A stretch of DNA of 64,000 bases. It comes from PVC group bacterium. Its GTDB lineage: Bacteria; Omnitrophota; Gorgyraeia; B26-G9. The translations under genes were made by a program, and so were the position numbers. Under the pieces are notes generated by a model that did no database searches, was not told the DNA's origin, and saw nothing but the letters and a program-made list of their open reading frames with translations. The DNA is taken from NCBI GenBank assembly GCA_024231215.1, contig JAAEQR010000195.1, positions 298,488 through 362,487 on the forward strand, in the 5' to 3' direction. Of this stretch, positions 37,161-48,329 are shown piece after piece; the first letter of the stretch is position 1, and each line of letters begins with the position of its first letter.

Positions 37161-37867
37161 AAGAAATTAAAGGTACGTTAGTTGAAAGAATAAAAAGAAC
37201 TGCTCAAGTTGAAAGTTTTCGTTTTAACTTGCCAGAAGATGTAGAGTTTTTGCCAGGACAGTTTTTGCAGGTAATTTTTGACGAAGAAAACAGGGGAAAC
37301 AAGGTTTTGAATAAATACCTTTCTTTTTCTTCTACTCCTGGTAAAGATTATATTGAAGTGACTAAAAAGCTTTCAGAAAGTGATTTTTCCAGCAGTTTAA
37401 AAAGATTAAAAGAAGGGGATAAGGTTTTGTTTAAGATTCCCCTGGGCAATTGTGTTTTTCTCGAAGATTATAAAAAGATTGGGTTTTTAGTTGGGGGGAT
37501 TGGAATAACTCCGGTTATTTCAATTATAGAATACATATGTGAAAAAGGACTTGATACTGATGTTTGTTTGCTGTATTCTAATAAAACCGAGCAGGAGATA
37601 GCGTTTAAGCAGGAGCTGGATCACTGGCGAAAGAAGAATGAAAACATTAAGATTCTTTATGCTGTTACTAAATGCCAACCTCAAGACGAGGAGTGTGTCT
37701 TTGGGGGCTTAAATAAAGATATAGTATCGGAGAAGATGGCGGATTTCAAGGATCGCAGGATTTTTATATATGGGCCGCCAGGTATGGTTACGGCAATGAA
37801 AGATGTTTGTTCAGAAATTGGATGTGATGAAAAGCAATTAAAAACAGAGAATTTTGTAGGTTATTAA
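37157..37867 (+). CDS. FAD/NAD(P)-binding oxidoreductase (ferredoxin-NADP reductase-like; candidate NAD(P)H:rubredoxin reductase)
   Basis: FNR-type FAD-binding beta barrel followed by a 'GGIGITPVISII' NAD(P) site; immediately upstream of rubredoxin. Confidence 0.6.
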   Translation: MKEIKGTLVERIKRTAQVESFRFNLPEDVEFLPGQFLQVIFDEENRGNKVLNKYLSFSSTPGKDYIEVTKKLSESDFSSSLKRLKEGDKVLFKIPLGNCVFLEDYKKIGFLVGGIGITPVISIIEYICEKGLDTDVCLLYSNKTEQEIAFKQELDHWRKKNENIKILYAVTKCQPQDEECVFGGLNKDIVSEKMADFKDRRIFIYGPPGMVTAMKDVCSEIGCDEKQLKTENFVGY

Positions 37868-37961
37868 AAATGATTTCGGGCACAAAGAGAGTAGGGGGTA
37901 CCCTACAGTGCCACGGACATAATTCTCCCGCTAGAGGCGGGATAATTTAAGGAGAAGAAAA

Positions 37962-38102
37962 ATGAAGAAATATAAATGTTTAGTTTGTGGTTATATTTAT
38001 GATCCGGCGGAAAATGACAATGTGGCGTTTGAAGATTTAGCGGATGATTGGACTTGTCCTGATTGTGGAGTGGGTAAAGATCAGTTTGAAGTAGAGGAAT
38101 AG
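37962..38102 (+). CDS. rubredoxin (46 aa; not in the ORF track because shorter than its cutoff)
   Basis: Translated by hand as [46 protein letters not shown]. It has CxxCG...CPxCG motifs and an RBS AAGGAG 6 nt upstream. Confidence 0.85.
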   Translation: MKKYKCLVCGYIYDPAENDNVAFEDLADDWTCPDCGVGKDQFEVEE

Positions 38103-38116
38103 AGAGGTATATGTAA

Positions 38117-39277
38117 ATGAAAGCAGTTGAGATTAAAAAAGGTGTTTATTGGGTTGGTGGCATTGATTGGGATTTGCGTAATTTTCATGGTTATCTTACT
38201 CAAAGAGGGAGTACGTATAATGCGTATCTTATTATTGATGAGAAGATAACTCTTGTTGATACAGTAAAATACTATATGTTTGATGAAATGTTAGAAAGAA
38301 TAAAAAGTATAGTTGATCCGGCTAAGATTGATTATATTATTTCTAACCACGTGGAAATGGATCATTCTGGAGGTTTGCCGCAGATCGTAAAGATTGCGAA
38401 AAATGCTCAGATTATTACGTCTCCAAACGGGGAAAAAGGTTTAAAGAAACATTATGGTGAAGGGTTTAATCTTAAGGTGGTTAATACTGGCGATTCTTTA
38501 AGCTTGGGAAAGCGCAGTCTTCAATTTGTGTTAACGCAAATGGTTCATTGGCCGGATTCAATGGTGAGCTATATTCCGGAGGAAAAACTGCTTTTATCCA
38601 ACGATGCTTTTGGCCAGCATATTGCATCTTCTGAGCGTTTTGACGATGAATTGGGCTGGGATGTTATTACAGAAGAAGCAGCAAAGTATTATGCAAATAT
38701 AGTATTGCCTTTTGGTAATCAGGTAAAAAAAGCCTTGGAGGCTGTGTCTGGACTAGAGATTGATATGATTGCCCCCAGTCATGGGCTTATCTGGCGTAAA
38801 CATCTGGGGGAAATAATTGAACTTTATAAAGGATGGGCGGATAATAAAACAGAGAATAAAGCGGTTATTGTTTATGATACGATGTGGAAATCTACGGAAA
38901 AGATTGCCAAGGCAATACAAGATGGATTTGAAAATAAGGGGATATCGGTTGCGATGAGAAATCTCCAGACACATCATATTTCAGATATTATGACAGATGT
39001 TTTAACTGCTAAATATATATGTGTGGGGTCACCCACGTTGAATAACGGAATGTTACCTACGGTAGCTGCATTTTTAACTTACATGAAAGGCTTAGCTCCG
39101 AAAAAACGGGTTGGTCTTGCGTTTGGATCGTATGGCTGGGGAGGACAAAGCGTTGGGCAGGTAGAAGAGATATTAAAAACTTGCGGTTTCCAAACAAGTG
39201 AGCCGATCAAATTGCAATATATACCTAATGAGGACGATTTAAATGAAATAAAAGGATTCCGGACACAAAGAAAGTAG
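38117..39277 (+). CDS. fprA: flavodiiron protein (rubredoxin:oxygen/NO oxidoreductase)
   Basis: Metallo-beta-lactamase-like N-domain ('SNHVEMDHSGG') followed by a flavodoxin-like C-domain. Confidence 0.85.
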   Translation: MKAVEIKKGVYWVGGIDWDLRNFHGYLTQRGSTYNAYLIIDEKITLVDTVKYYMFDEMLERIKSIVDPAKIDYIISNHVEMDHSGGLPQIVKIAKNAQIITSPNGEKGLKKHYGEGFNLKVVNTGDSLSLGKRSLQFVLTQMVHWPDSMVSYIPEEKLLLSNDAFGQHIASSERFDDELGWDVITEEAAKYYANIVLPFGNQVKKALEAVSGLEIDMIAPSHGLIWRKHLGEIIELYKGWADNKTENKAVIVYDTMWKSTEKIAKAIQDGFENKGISVAMRNLQTHHISDIMTDVLTAKYICVGSPTLNNGMLPTVAAFLTYMKGLAPKKRVGLAFGSYGWGGQSVGQVEEILKTCGFQTSEPIKLQYIPNEDDLNEIKGFRTQRK

Positions 39278-39348
39278 GGGGTACCCTACAGTGCCACGGA
39301 CATAATTTTCCGCCATGATTAATGGCAAAAAATTAAAGGAGGGATGTT

Positions 39349-39726
39349 ATGACACAATTAAGAGAGATTTATCGCTGTGAAATATGTGGTAATGTTGTGG
39401 AAGTTATAAGTGAAGGTCAGCCGGCATTAGTATGTTGTAATCAGCCAATGGATAGGATGTTGGCTAAAACAGAAGACACTGGCTCAGAAAAGCATGTACC
39501 GGTTATTGAGGAATCAGAAGGCAAGACTAAAATAAAAGTAGGAAGTGTGGCTCATCCAATGGAAGAGAAACATTATATTAAATTTATTGAAGTTTTGACT
39601 AAAGAAAAAGTTTTGCGTGTGGAATTAAAGCCTGGGCAGACCCCGGAAGCTTTTACTTGCGCAAAGCCTGAGGATATTATTGAAGTGAGAGAATTTTGTA
39701 CGATACATGGGTTGTGGAAAAATTAA
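39349..39726 (+). CDS. dfx: desulfoferrodoxin (2Fe superoxide reductase)
   Basis: N-terminal desulforedoxin 'CEICGNVVEV...CC' and a C-terminal SOR centre 'HVPV...H'. Confidence 0.88.
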   Translation: MTQLREIYRCEICGNVVEVISEGQPALVCCNQPMDRMLAKTEDTGSEKHVPVIEESEGKTKIKVGSVAHPMEEKHYIKFIEVLTKEKVLRVELKPGQTPEAFTCAKPEDIIEVREFCTIHGLWKN

Positions 39727-39825
39727 TAAAGGATTCCGGGCACAAAGAAAGTAGGGGGTACCCTACAGTGCCGCGGACATAATTCTCCCGCCAGAGGCGG
39801 GAGAATCAAAGGAAAGGATAAGATC

Positions 39826-40401
39826 ATGGCGAGTATTAAAGGAACAAAAACAGAAAAAAACTTATTGGCTTCGTTTGCCGGAGAGTCTCAGGCGAGAAAC
39901 CGTTACACATACTTTGCTTCAGTCGCGAAAAAGGCAGGGTATGAGCAGATCGCGGCGATATTTTTAGAGACTGCAGATAATGAAAAAGAACATGCTAAGA
40001 AATTCTTTAAATTTTTAGAAGGCGGAGCATTAGAAATCACTGCTACTTATCCGGCTGGTATTATCTGTGATACTGCTGCTAATTTAGAAGCATCTGCAGA
40101 TGGTGAAAATGAAGAATGGACAAAGCTTTATAAGGAAGCAGCAGCAACAGCCAGAGAAGAAGGGTTTGAAGATGTTGCCAAAATATTTAAAGAAATAGCT
40201 GAGGTGGAAGAAGAACATGAAAAACGCTACAGAAAACTGCTTAAAAATGTGAAAGAAGGAACCGTATTTAAAAAGAGTTCTGTAGTGAAATGGAAATGCC
40301 GCAACTGTGGTTATGTGCATGAAGGAGAAGCGGCTCCTAATGTTTGTCCGGCATGTGCCCATCCACAGGCTCATTATGAGATTCTCTGTGAAAATTATTG
40401 A
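39826..40401 (+). CDS. rbr: rubrerythrin
   Basis: Ferritin-like diiron ExxH motifs plus a C-terminal rubredoxin-like 'CRNCG...CPAC'. Confidence 0.9.
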   Translation: MASIKGTKTEKNLLASFAGESQARNRYTYFASVAKKAGYEQIAAIFLETADNEKEHAKKFFKFLEGGALEITATYPAGIICDTAANLEASADGENEEWTKLYKEAAATAREEGFEDVAKIFKEIAEVEEEHEKRYRKLLKNVKEGTVFKKSSVVKWKCRNCGYVHEGEAAPNVCPACAHPQAHYEILCENY

Positions 40402-40492
40402 TGAAGAAAAAAATATCTGACTAAATTTATTAATTTGAAAAAAATTCTTTTGGGATGAAAAAAGTTTATGATCTAATAATTTAAGGAAAAAA

Positions 40493-40957
40493 ATGAAAGA
40501 GTTATCTAAGAACGTAATTCATTTACTGCAAAAACAGGGATTTGTTATTGTATCTACTTTGGATGCTGAGGGAAAGATTCATTGTGCGGCTAAGGGTATG
40601 GTAGGGGTTGAGCAGGAAGGTAAAGTTTATCTTATTGATTTGTATATGGGCAATACTTATCATAATCTTCAGAAAAATCAGACTGTAAGCATTACTTCTA
40701 TAGATGAAGCGAAATTTGAAGGATATACATTAAAAGGTAAAGCTAATATTATTGCCCGGGAGAAAATTCAGGGCCATGTTATAGAAAGCTGGGAGCAGAG
40801 AGTAGTAGAAAGAATTTCTAACCGATTGATTAAAAACGTACAGGATGCTAAGTCTGGTAAGCATCATCCGGAAGCAGCTTTTCCTCATCCTAAATATCTT
40901 ATCGAAATGGAAGTTGATGATGTTGTTGATTTAAGTCCATCTCGCCTCAAATCGTAA
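40493..40957 (+). CDS. pyridoxamine 5'-phosphate oxidase-like FMN-binding protein
   Basis: Split-barrel FMN-binding pattern; 154 aa. Confidence 0.55.
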   Translation: MKELSKNVIHLLQKQGFVIVSTLDAEGKIHCAAKGMVGVEQEGKVYLIDLYMGNTYHNLQKNQTVSITSIDEAKFEGYTLKGKANIIAREKIQGHVIESWEQRVVERISNRLIKNVQDAKSGKHHPEAAFPHPKYLIEMEVDDVVDLSPSRLKS

Positions 40958-40996
40958 CTAATTGATAGTGTTGATGTTATAATATTAAAAAAGCGC

Positions 40997-41062
40997 TTGA
41001 CAATATTTTTTTATATGCTATACTTTTAATTACTAGTAAAATGATAGAAATACTAGTAATTA
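40997..41062 (+). promoter_or_regulatory. sigma70-like promoter (TTGACA 40997-41002, TATACT 41019-41024) followed by a 12-bp perfect inverted repeat TAATTACTAGTA-N12-TACTAGTAATTA (41027-41062) in the leader of the DUF2061-APS reductase-sulfite reductase operon
   Basis: Read directly from the sequence. Confidence 0.5.
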
Positions 41063-41098
41063 AAATGAGAGTACAAATAGGAGGGGATAAAACCAGAG

Positions 41099-41320
41099 AT
41101 GGAGTCACCAAAAAGATCATTAATCAAAGCAATTACCTGGCGAGTAATCGCCTTATTAGTGACTATAATTGCTATTTACATTTATAGTGGGAATATTAAA
41201 GAATCACTGGTAGTTGGGATCAGCGCGAATGCTATAAAGATATTTCTCTATTATGCGCATGAGAGGATTTGGAACAGAATAGGGTTTGGAATAATAAAAG
41301 GTCCGGAATATCAAATTTAA
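41099..41320 (+). CDS. DUF2061 small membrane protein
   Basis: 'AITWRVIALLVT...ISANAIKIFLYYAHERIW' signature. Confidence 0.7.
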   Translation: MESPKRSLIKAITWRVIALLVTIIAIYIYSGNIKESLVVGISANAIKIFLYYAHERIWNRIGFGIIKGPEYQI

Positions 41321-41363
41321 ACAGAAAGATGGTTGAGGAAACACAAAATAAGGAGGAAGTAAG

Positions 41364-42074
41364 ATGGGAATATTAGGAAAGCAGGAAAATTTAACTGAAT
41401 TGGTAGAGAATTTGAATTTTAAGGAAAAAGTAGATCGTTCCTTGGCCCTGATCAAAGAGGCTTATGAGAAGTATGGGGATGGATTAGTGGTGGCTAATAG
41501 TTTAGGAAAGGATTCGGTGGTTGTATGGGATCTTGTCAAAAAAGTAGATCCAAAAATCAGAGGGTTTATTGTTACGACCAGGTTTAAGCCGCGTGAAACC
41601 GTCGAATTTATGAAGCAGGAAGTATTACGTTATCCAGAGTTAAAAGTTTATAATAATGACGTGTCTATAGCAGATGAATTATATAAGACTGATCCGGATA
41701 AGTGTTGTGATTTATTAAAAGTAGAACCGGTTAAAAAAGCGGTTGACGAAATGGAGGTTACTTGTTGGGTTACTGGACTACGCTGTACTGAAGGCCGAAC
41801 CCGAACAGATTTCAAGGAAATAGAAGAAAGAGATAAAGGGTTGATTAAGTTGAATCCTATTCTGATTTGGAAGGAACGTGAAGTTTGGCAGTATTTAGCT
41901 GTGTATGGAGTAAAGGTTAATTCGTTGTATGCGGAGGGATATCGTTCTTTAGGTTGTGCTCCATGTTCAAATATTACAAGTGATGATAATGAAAGGGCAG
42001 GGCGTTGGATAGGGACGAGTAAGTGTGGCGGTGAATGTGGTATTCATACCCGGCCGTTAAAAACTACTGGTTAA
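41364..42074 (+). CDS. APS/PAPS reductase family protein (CysH-like with C-terminal Cys cluster)
   Basis: PP-loop-like 'SLGKDSVVVWDL', 'CCDLLKVEP' and 'CAPCS'/'CGGECGIH' Cys motifs. Confidence 0.7.
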   Translation: MGILGKQENLTELVENLNFKEKVDRSLALIKEAYEKYGDGLVVANSLGKDSVVVWDLVKKVDPKIRGFIVTTRFKPRETVEFMKQEVLRYPELKVYNNDVSIADELYKTDPDKCCDLLKVEPVKKAVDEMEVTCWVTGLRCTEGRTRTDFKEIEERDKGLIKLNPILIWKEREVWQYLAVYGVKVNSLYAEGYRSLGCAPCSNITSDDNERAGRWIGTSKCGGECGIHTRPLKTTG

Positions 42075-42100
42075 TGAATGGAATAATTAAGGGGTTGAAG

Positions 42101-42832
42101 ATGAGTTATGAAAAAAACATTGATTATGATGACTTAAAAAAAGGTGGGTTTTTAAGGGCGAAACAAGAGAATGGTTTTACTTTAAGGACACGGAAGCTTG
42201 CGGGTAATTATACGGCGAATCAACTTAGATGTTTGGCTGAAATTGCTGATGAATTTGGGCAGGGAATTGTACATTTAACAGTAAGGCAGGGCATAGAAGT
42301 TCCCTTTGTAGAGTACAAAGATATAGAGAATATAAAGTCTAAGGTACAAGAAGGCGATGTGGATTTTGGAACTTCAGGACCGCGTTTAAGAGCAACAACT
42401 TGTTGTCCGGGAAATAGCTGGTGTAAACGGGGATTGATAAATACTTTGGATTTTGCCCAGAAGCTGGAAAAAGAAAGAGGTGTTTCTTGTCCGCTTCGTT
42501 TGCCGCAAAAGTTTAAAATTGCGATTTCCGGATGTCCGAATATGTGTACGCGTGGGCAGGTTTCAGAAATTGGTGTCTTTGGCCGGGCAGGCATTCATCA
42601 AAAAAAAAGCAAAATAGGATATGGTATTTATGTAGGAGGTTGTGGTGGACGTAACCCGCGAGTGGGAATAAAGATTGATAAAATTTTTGACGAAGAGGAG
42701 GTGTTAACTTTAATTGAGAGAATAGTGGATTTCTATAATAAATGCGGAAAGCCCAAGCAGAGGCTGGGAGCAATGATCGAAGAGCTGGGAGAAGAGAACT
42801 TTTTAAGTAAGATCAGAGAAGGATTGTTTTAA
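42101..42832 (+). CDS. small assimilatory-type sulfite/nitrite reductase (siroheme-[4Fe-4S] domain, alSiR-like)
   Basis: 'TCCPGNSWC' (Cx5C) and 'SGCPNMC' (Cx3C) siroheme/Fe-S ligands. Start taken at MSYEK, which has an RBS. Confidence 0.65.
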   Translation: MSYEKNIDYDDLKKGGFLRAKQENGFTLRTRKLAGNYTANQLRCLAEIADEFGQGIVHLTVRQGIEVPFVEYKDIENIKSKVQEGDVDFGTSGPRLRATTCCPGNSWCKRGLINTLDFAQKLEKERGVSCPLRLPQKFKIAISGCPNMCTRGQVSEIGVFGRAGIHQKKSKIGYGIYVGGCGGRNPRVGIKIDKIFDEEEVLTLIERIVDFYNKCGKPKQRLGAMIEELGEENFLSKIREGLF

Positions 42833-42924
42833 GTCAGGAGGAGTATAATTTTCTTGACAATACCTGGAAAAGTAGTATTATTACTACAAATACTATTGAT
42901 TTGGTAGTAATTGGAGGTTTTTTT

Positions 42925-43362
42925 ATGAGGATGTCAACACGAGCAAGATATGGTCTGAGATTGATGGTTGAACTGGGATTGCGTTATTCGGAAGGACCTG
43001 TTTTTTTAAGAGAAATTGCCAAAGTAGAAGAGATTTCTGAAAAGTATTTAAGTCAGATAATTATTCCGTTAAAAGCAGCTAGACTGGTGACTTCTTTTAG
43101 GGGTGCTCATGGTGGGTATATTCTGGCACGGCCTCCAGCCCAAATCACATTGAAGGATATTATCGAAACCTTAGAAGGTGACTTTGATCTGGTTGAGTGT
43201 GTGAAAAATCCTGAGACTTGTACGCGGGTTTCTATTTGTGTGACAAGAAGCCTATGGCAGGATCTTGGGAAAAAGATGGCTGAAACTCTGGATTCAAAAA
43301 CTCTAGATGATTTGGTTAGACAGTGTAAAGATAAACAAAATTGTGCAATGTACAGTATTTAA
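42925..43362 (+). CDS. Rrf2-family regulator (IscR/CymR-like) with a 3-Cys motif
   Basis: 'MRMSTRARYGLRLMVELG' HTH and 'ECVKNPETCTRVSIC'. Upstream lies the imperfect palindrome GTAGTA-TTAT-TACTAC (approx. 42873-42888) after a TTGACA. Confidence 0.75.
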   Translation: MRMSTRARYGLRLMVELGLRYSEGPVFLREIAKVEEISEKYLSQIIIPLKAARLVTSFRGAHGGYILARPPAQITLKDIIETLEGDFDLVECVKNPETCTRVSICVTRSLWQDLGKKMAETLDSKTLDDLVRQCKDKQNCAMYSI

Positions 43363-43372
43363 AAATTGGTAG

Positions 43373-44695
<1,323 letters not shown>

Positions 44696-44714
44696 TTATG
44701 TCAGGGAGGATATC

Positions 44715-45641
44715 ATGAAACGAATATTTGAAGATATAACTAAGACTATAGGGAATACCCCATTAGTAAGGATAAATAAGCTGGCTCAAGAAGTAGATGC
44801 AGTAATCCTGGCTAAGCTGGAATCGTTTAATCCGTTGTCCAGCGTAAAAGACAGAATTGGGTTTGCAATGATCGATGATGCCGAGAAAAAAGGATTATTA
44901 GAAAAAAATTCGGTTATTATCGAACCGACCAGTGGTAATACCGGTATTGCCTTGGCTTTTGTTTGTGCGGCAAAAGGATATAAGTTGATTCTGACAATGC
45001 CTGATACCATGAGTATGGAAAGGCGCAAGCTATTGAAGATTCTAGGTGCAGAGCTGGTTTTAACGGATGGAACAAAAGGGATGAAGGGAGCGGTAGAAAA
45101 GGCAGAAGAACTGGTTAAATCAACGGAGAATAGTTTTATGCCGCAGCAGTTTACCAATCCGGCTAATCCCCAGATACATAGAGAAACAACAGTAGAGGAA
45201 ATCTGGGATGATACAGAAGGTGAAGTGGATATTTTTATTGCCGGGATTGGTACAGGCGGAACTGTCACCGGGATTGGAGAAGTATTAAAAAAGAAAAAAC
45301 CGGGAGTGAAAATTATTGCTTTAGAGCCGGCAGGTTCTCCGGTGTTATCAGGAGGGAATCCCGGGCCACATAAAATACAGGGAATAGGTGCCGGGTTTGT
45401 GCCGGAGGTTTTGGATAAAGAGGTTATTGATGAGATTATCCAGGTAGATGATTCAGATGCCGGGATAATTGCCCGAAGATTGGCAAAGGAAGAAGGGATC
45501 TTTGTCGGTATCTCTAGCGGAGCGGCAATGTGGGCGGCTTTGGAAGTAGCAAAGAGAGAAGAATCTAAAGGTAAAAATATAGTTGTAATATTACCGGATA
45601 CCGGGGAGAGATATTTATCAACTTGGTTATTTGAGAAATGA
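44715..45641 (+). CDS. cysK: cysteine synthase A (O-acetylserine sulfhydrylase)
   Basis: '[11 protein letters not shown]' PLP lysine motif and 'GTGGT' loop. Confidence 0.88.
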   Translation: MKRIFEDITKTIGNTPLVRINKLAQEVDAVILAKLESFNPLSSVKDRIGFAMIDDAEKKGLLEKNSVIIEPTSGNTGIALAFVCAAKGYKLILTMPDTMSMERRKLLKILGAELVLTDGTKGMKGAVEKAEELVKSTENSFMPQQFTNPANPQIHRETTVEEIWDDTEGEVDIFIAGIGTGGTVTGIGEVLKKKKPGVKIIALEPAGSPVLSGGNPGPHKIQGIGAGFVPEVLDKEVIDEIIQVDDSDAGIIARRLAKEEGIFVGISSGAAMWAALEVAKREESKGKNIVVILPDTGERYLSTWLFEK

Positions 45642-45642
45642 A

Positions 45643-46773
45643 ATGAAAGATAATAGTATAGGGATAGTTAGTCCTCAATTGTTTACTTTTGCCGAAGACC
45701 AGCAGGAGCTTGTGCTGAAGTCCGGGAAAAAGCTGGGACCGATCACCCTTGCTTACGAAACCTACGGACAGTTAAACGAAAATAAAAGTAATGCGGTTTT
45801 GATTGTCCATGCGTTGTCCGGAAATGCTCATGCAGCGGGTTTATCTGAGGGAGAGGAAAAACCTGGCTGGTGGGACGATATGATTGGCCCGGGAAAGGCT
45901 TTTGATACTGATAAATATTTCATCATCTGTTCAAATGTGATTGGTGGTTGCCAGGGTAGTACTGGTCCCGCTTCACTTAATCCCGAAACAGATAAGCCGT
46001 ATGGTCTTGAATTTCCGCTGATCACGATAGAGGATATGATAAATGCTCAGAAAAAATTGATAGATTATTTGGGGATTAAAAAATTATTAACTGTAGCGGG
46101 GGGATCAATGGGCGGAATGCAGGCATTGCAATGGGTAGCTTCTTATCCTGAAATGATATGTAGTGTGATCCCAATTGCGACAGCTTTAAAACACTCACCT
46201 CAGCAGATTGCTTTTGATGAGGTTGGCAGGCAGGCGGTTATGTCAGATCCTGATTGGTTAAACGGAAATTATTATGGGCATGGACAGCCGCAGAAAGGTC
46301 TTTCAGTGGCACGAATGATTGGACATATTACCTATATGAGTGACGAATCCATGGAGAAGAAGTTTTCTCGCAGACTGAAAGATGATAATTATACTTTTAG
46401 TTTTTCAGCAGATTTCGAAGTTGAGGGATATTTGAGGTATCGTGGAGATAGTTTTGTAAAACGCTTTGATGCAAATTCATATTTATATATAACTAAAGCG
46501 ATGGATTACTTTGATCTTTCACAGGGTAAGTTGTTCCCGGAGAACAGAAACGTGGATATGAGGTTTTTAGTTATTGCTTTTCGTTCGGATTGGTTATATC
46601 CGGCTTATCAAGCTAAAGAAATCGTACAGCAGATCAAGATGAAAAATATAGATGCAACGTATTGTGAGGTAAAGTCTACTTATGGACATGATGCTTTTCT
46701 TTTGGAGATAGACGAGCAGACACATTTAATTTCACATTTTTTAAATAATGTTTATGAAGATGTAGAGGTATAA
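45643..46773 (+). CDS. metX: homoserine O-acetyltransferase
   Basis: Alpha/beta-hydrolase 'GGSMGGMQ' nucleophile elbow. ATG at 45643 preferred; the track start at 45631 is a TTG. Confidence 0.85.
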   Translation: MKDNSIGIVSPQLFTFAEDQQELVLKSGKKLGPITLAYETYGQLNENKSNAVLIVHALSGNAHAAGLSEGEEKPGWWDDMIGPGKAFDTDKYFIICSNVIGGCQGSTGPASLNPETDKPYGLEFPLITIEDMINAQKKLIDYLGIKKLLTVAGGSMGGMQALQWVASYPEMICSVIPIATALKHSPQQIAFDEVGRQAVMSDPDWLNGNYYGHGQPQKGLSVARMIGHITYMSDESMEKKFSRRLKDDNYTFSFSADFEVEGYLRYRGDSFVKRFDANSYLYITKAMDYFDLSQGKLFPENRNVDMRFLVIAFRSDWLYPAYQAKEIVQQIKMKNIDATYCEVKSTYGHDAFLLEIDEQTHLISHFLNNVYEDVEV

Positions 46774-47366
46774 TGGAAGATAAAAATATAAGATTAGATT
46801 ATAGAGTTATTCTAGATATGGTCTCAGAAGGCAGTTCAATACTGGATTTAGGCTGTGGGGATGGAGAATTGCTGCGTCTTTTAAAAGAAAAGAAGAATGT
46901 AAAAGGTCAGGGTATTGAAATTGATGAGCAGGCTGTTTATAAGTGTGTGGCAAAGGGAGTTAATGTATTACACGGGGATATTGACAGCGGGTTATCAGGC
47001 TACCGGGATAAATCCTTTGATTATGTGATTTTAAATGAAAGCTTGCAACAGGTGGTGCATTTAGATAAAGTATTAGAAGATTCTTTGCGGGTGGGTAAAA
47101 AGGTTATCGTTGGGTTCCCGAACTTTACTTATTATAAGTCGAGATTTCAGTTGTTCTTTTTAGGTAGAACCCCGGTGACTTCGGCATTACCGTATAAGTG
47201 GTATCAGACTCCTAATTTGCATTTTTTGAGTATTTCTGATTTCCGTGATTATTGTCGAGATAAAGATATTAATATAGAAGATACAGTATGTTTGGGATTT
47301 AAAAGACGTGTTTTTGTATTGCCGAATTTACTTGCGAATACAGGAATATTTTTGGTTTCAAAATAA
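46773..47366 (+). CDS. metW: methionine biosynthesis protein MetW
   Basis: 'ILDLGCGDGELL' methyltransferase-like fold; directly after metX. Confidence 0.8.
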   Translation: MEDKNIRLDYRVILDMVSEGSSILDLGCGDGELLRLLKEKKNVKGQGIEIDEQAVYKCVAKGVNVLHGDIDSGLSGYRDKSFDYVILNESLQQVVHLDKVLEDSLRVGKKVIVGFPNFTYYKSRFQLFFLGRTPVTSALPYKWYQTPNLHFLSISDFRDYCRDKDINIEDTVCLGFKRRVFVLPNLLANTGIFLVSK

Positions 47367-47380
47367 CAAGAGGGTGAGGA

Positions 47381-48301
47381 ATGAATATTATTGAAAAAAT
47401 TAATAGACTAAAGAAAGAACGTAATGCTGTTATTCTGGCTCATAATTATCAATTGCCTGAGATTCAGGACATAGCTGATTATACCGGGGATTCGTTGGGA
47501 TTGAGCATAGAAGCCTCTCAAGTAAAGGCGGATGTTATTGTTTTTTGCGGAGTATATTTTATGGCAGAGACGGCTAAAATACTTTCTCCGAATAAAACAG
47601 TGTTGATTCCTGCTAAAAACGCAGGATGTCCAATGGCAGACATGATTAATGTTGAACAGCTTAGAGATCTGAAGCGAAGACATCCACAGGCAAAAGTAAT
47701 GTGTTATGTGAATTCTTCGGCTGGAGTAAAAGCAGAATCCGATGTTTGCTGTACTTCTGCCAATGCGACGATGATTGCCGAAAAAGCTTTTAATGAGGAT
47801 GATGAGATAATCTTTGTTCCGGATCGATATCTGGCTCGTTATACAGCTACCCAGGTTAAAAGAAACTTTGTTTTTTGGCCGGGTTTTTGTCCGACGCATG
47901 TTAAAATTTTGCCGGAATATGTTATAGACTTGAAAAAAGATCATCCTGAAGCAGAGGTATTGGTTCACCCTGAATGTTCTGCCGGTGTAATTTCAATAGC
48001 TGATCAAGTGCTTTCGACAGGTGGTATGAGCCGCTATGCAAAAGAGTCAAAAACGCGTAAATTTATTATTGGTACGGAAAAAGGCATGGTTTATCGTCTT
48101 AAGAAAGATAATCCTGATAAAGAATTCTATTGTGCTTCGGAATTTGCAATTTGTCAGAATATGAAGAAGACGACTTTAAGCAAAGTTATTAGTTCGTTGG
48201 AAAATATGCGGGGCGAAGTGACGTTGTCAGAAGATATCATTAAAAAAGCACGTGTAAGTATAGATAAAATGATTGAATATACATTGGCTAAAAAACGGTA
48301 A
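47381..48301 (+). CDS. nadA: quinolinate synthase
   Basis: 'VILAHNYQ...VVFCGVYFMAE' three-repeat NadA. Confidence 0.88.
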   Translation: MNIIEKINRLKKERNAVILAHNYQLPEIQDIADYTGDSLGLSIEASQVKADVIVFCGVYFMAETAKILSPNKTVLIPAKNAGCPMADMINVEQLRDLKRRHPQAKVMCYVNSSAGVKAESDVCCTSANATMIAEKAFNEDDEIIFVPDRYLARYTATQVKRNFVFWPGFCPTHVKILPEYVIDLKKDHPEAEVLVHPECSAGVISIADQVLSTGGMSRYAKESKTRKFIIGTEKGMVYRLKKDNPDKEFYCASEFAICQNMKKTTLSKVISSLENMRGEVTLSEDIIKKARVSIDKMIEYTLAKKR

Positions 48302-48329
48302 GTATTTAGTCCTTAGGAGGAGTTTTCTA

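Noticed and set aside
37873-39806. Interpreted the triple repeat as a CRISPR array or as sigma-54 promoters
   Set aside because: The 'spacers' are 1.3-kb protein-coding genes and no cas genes are present. The GTGCCACGG segment lacks the TGGCAC-N5-TTGC spacing of sigma-54 promoters.
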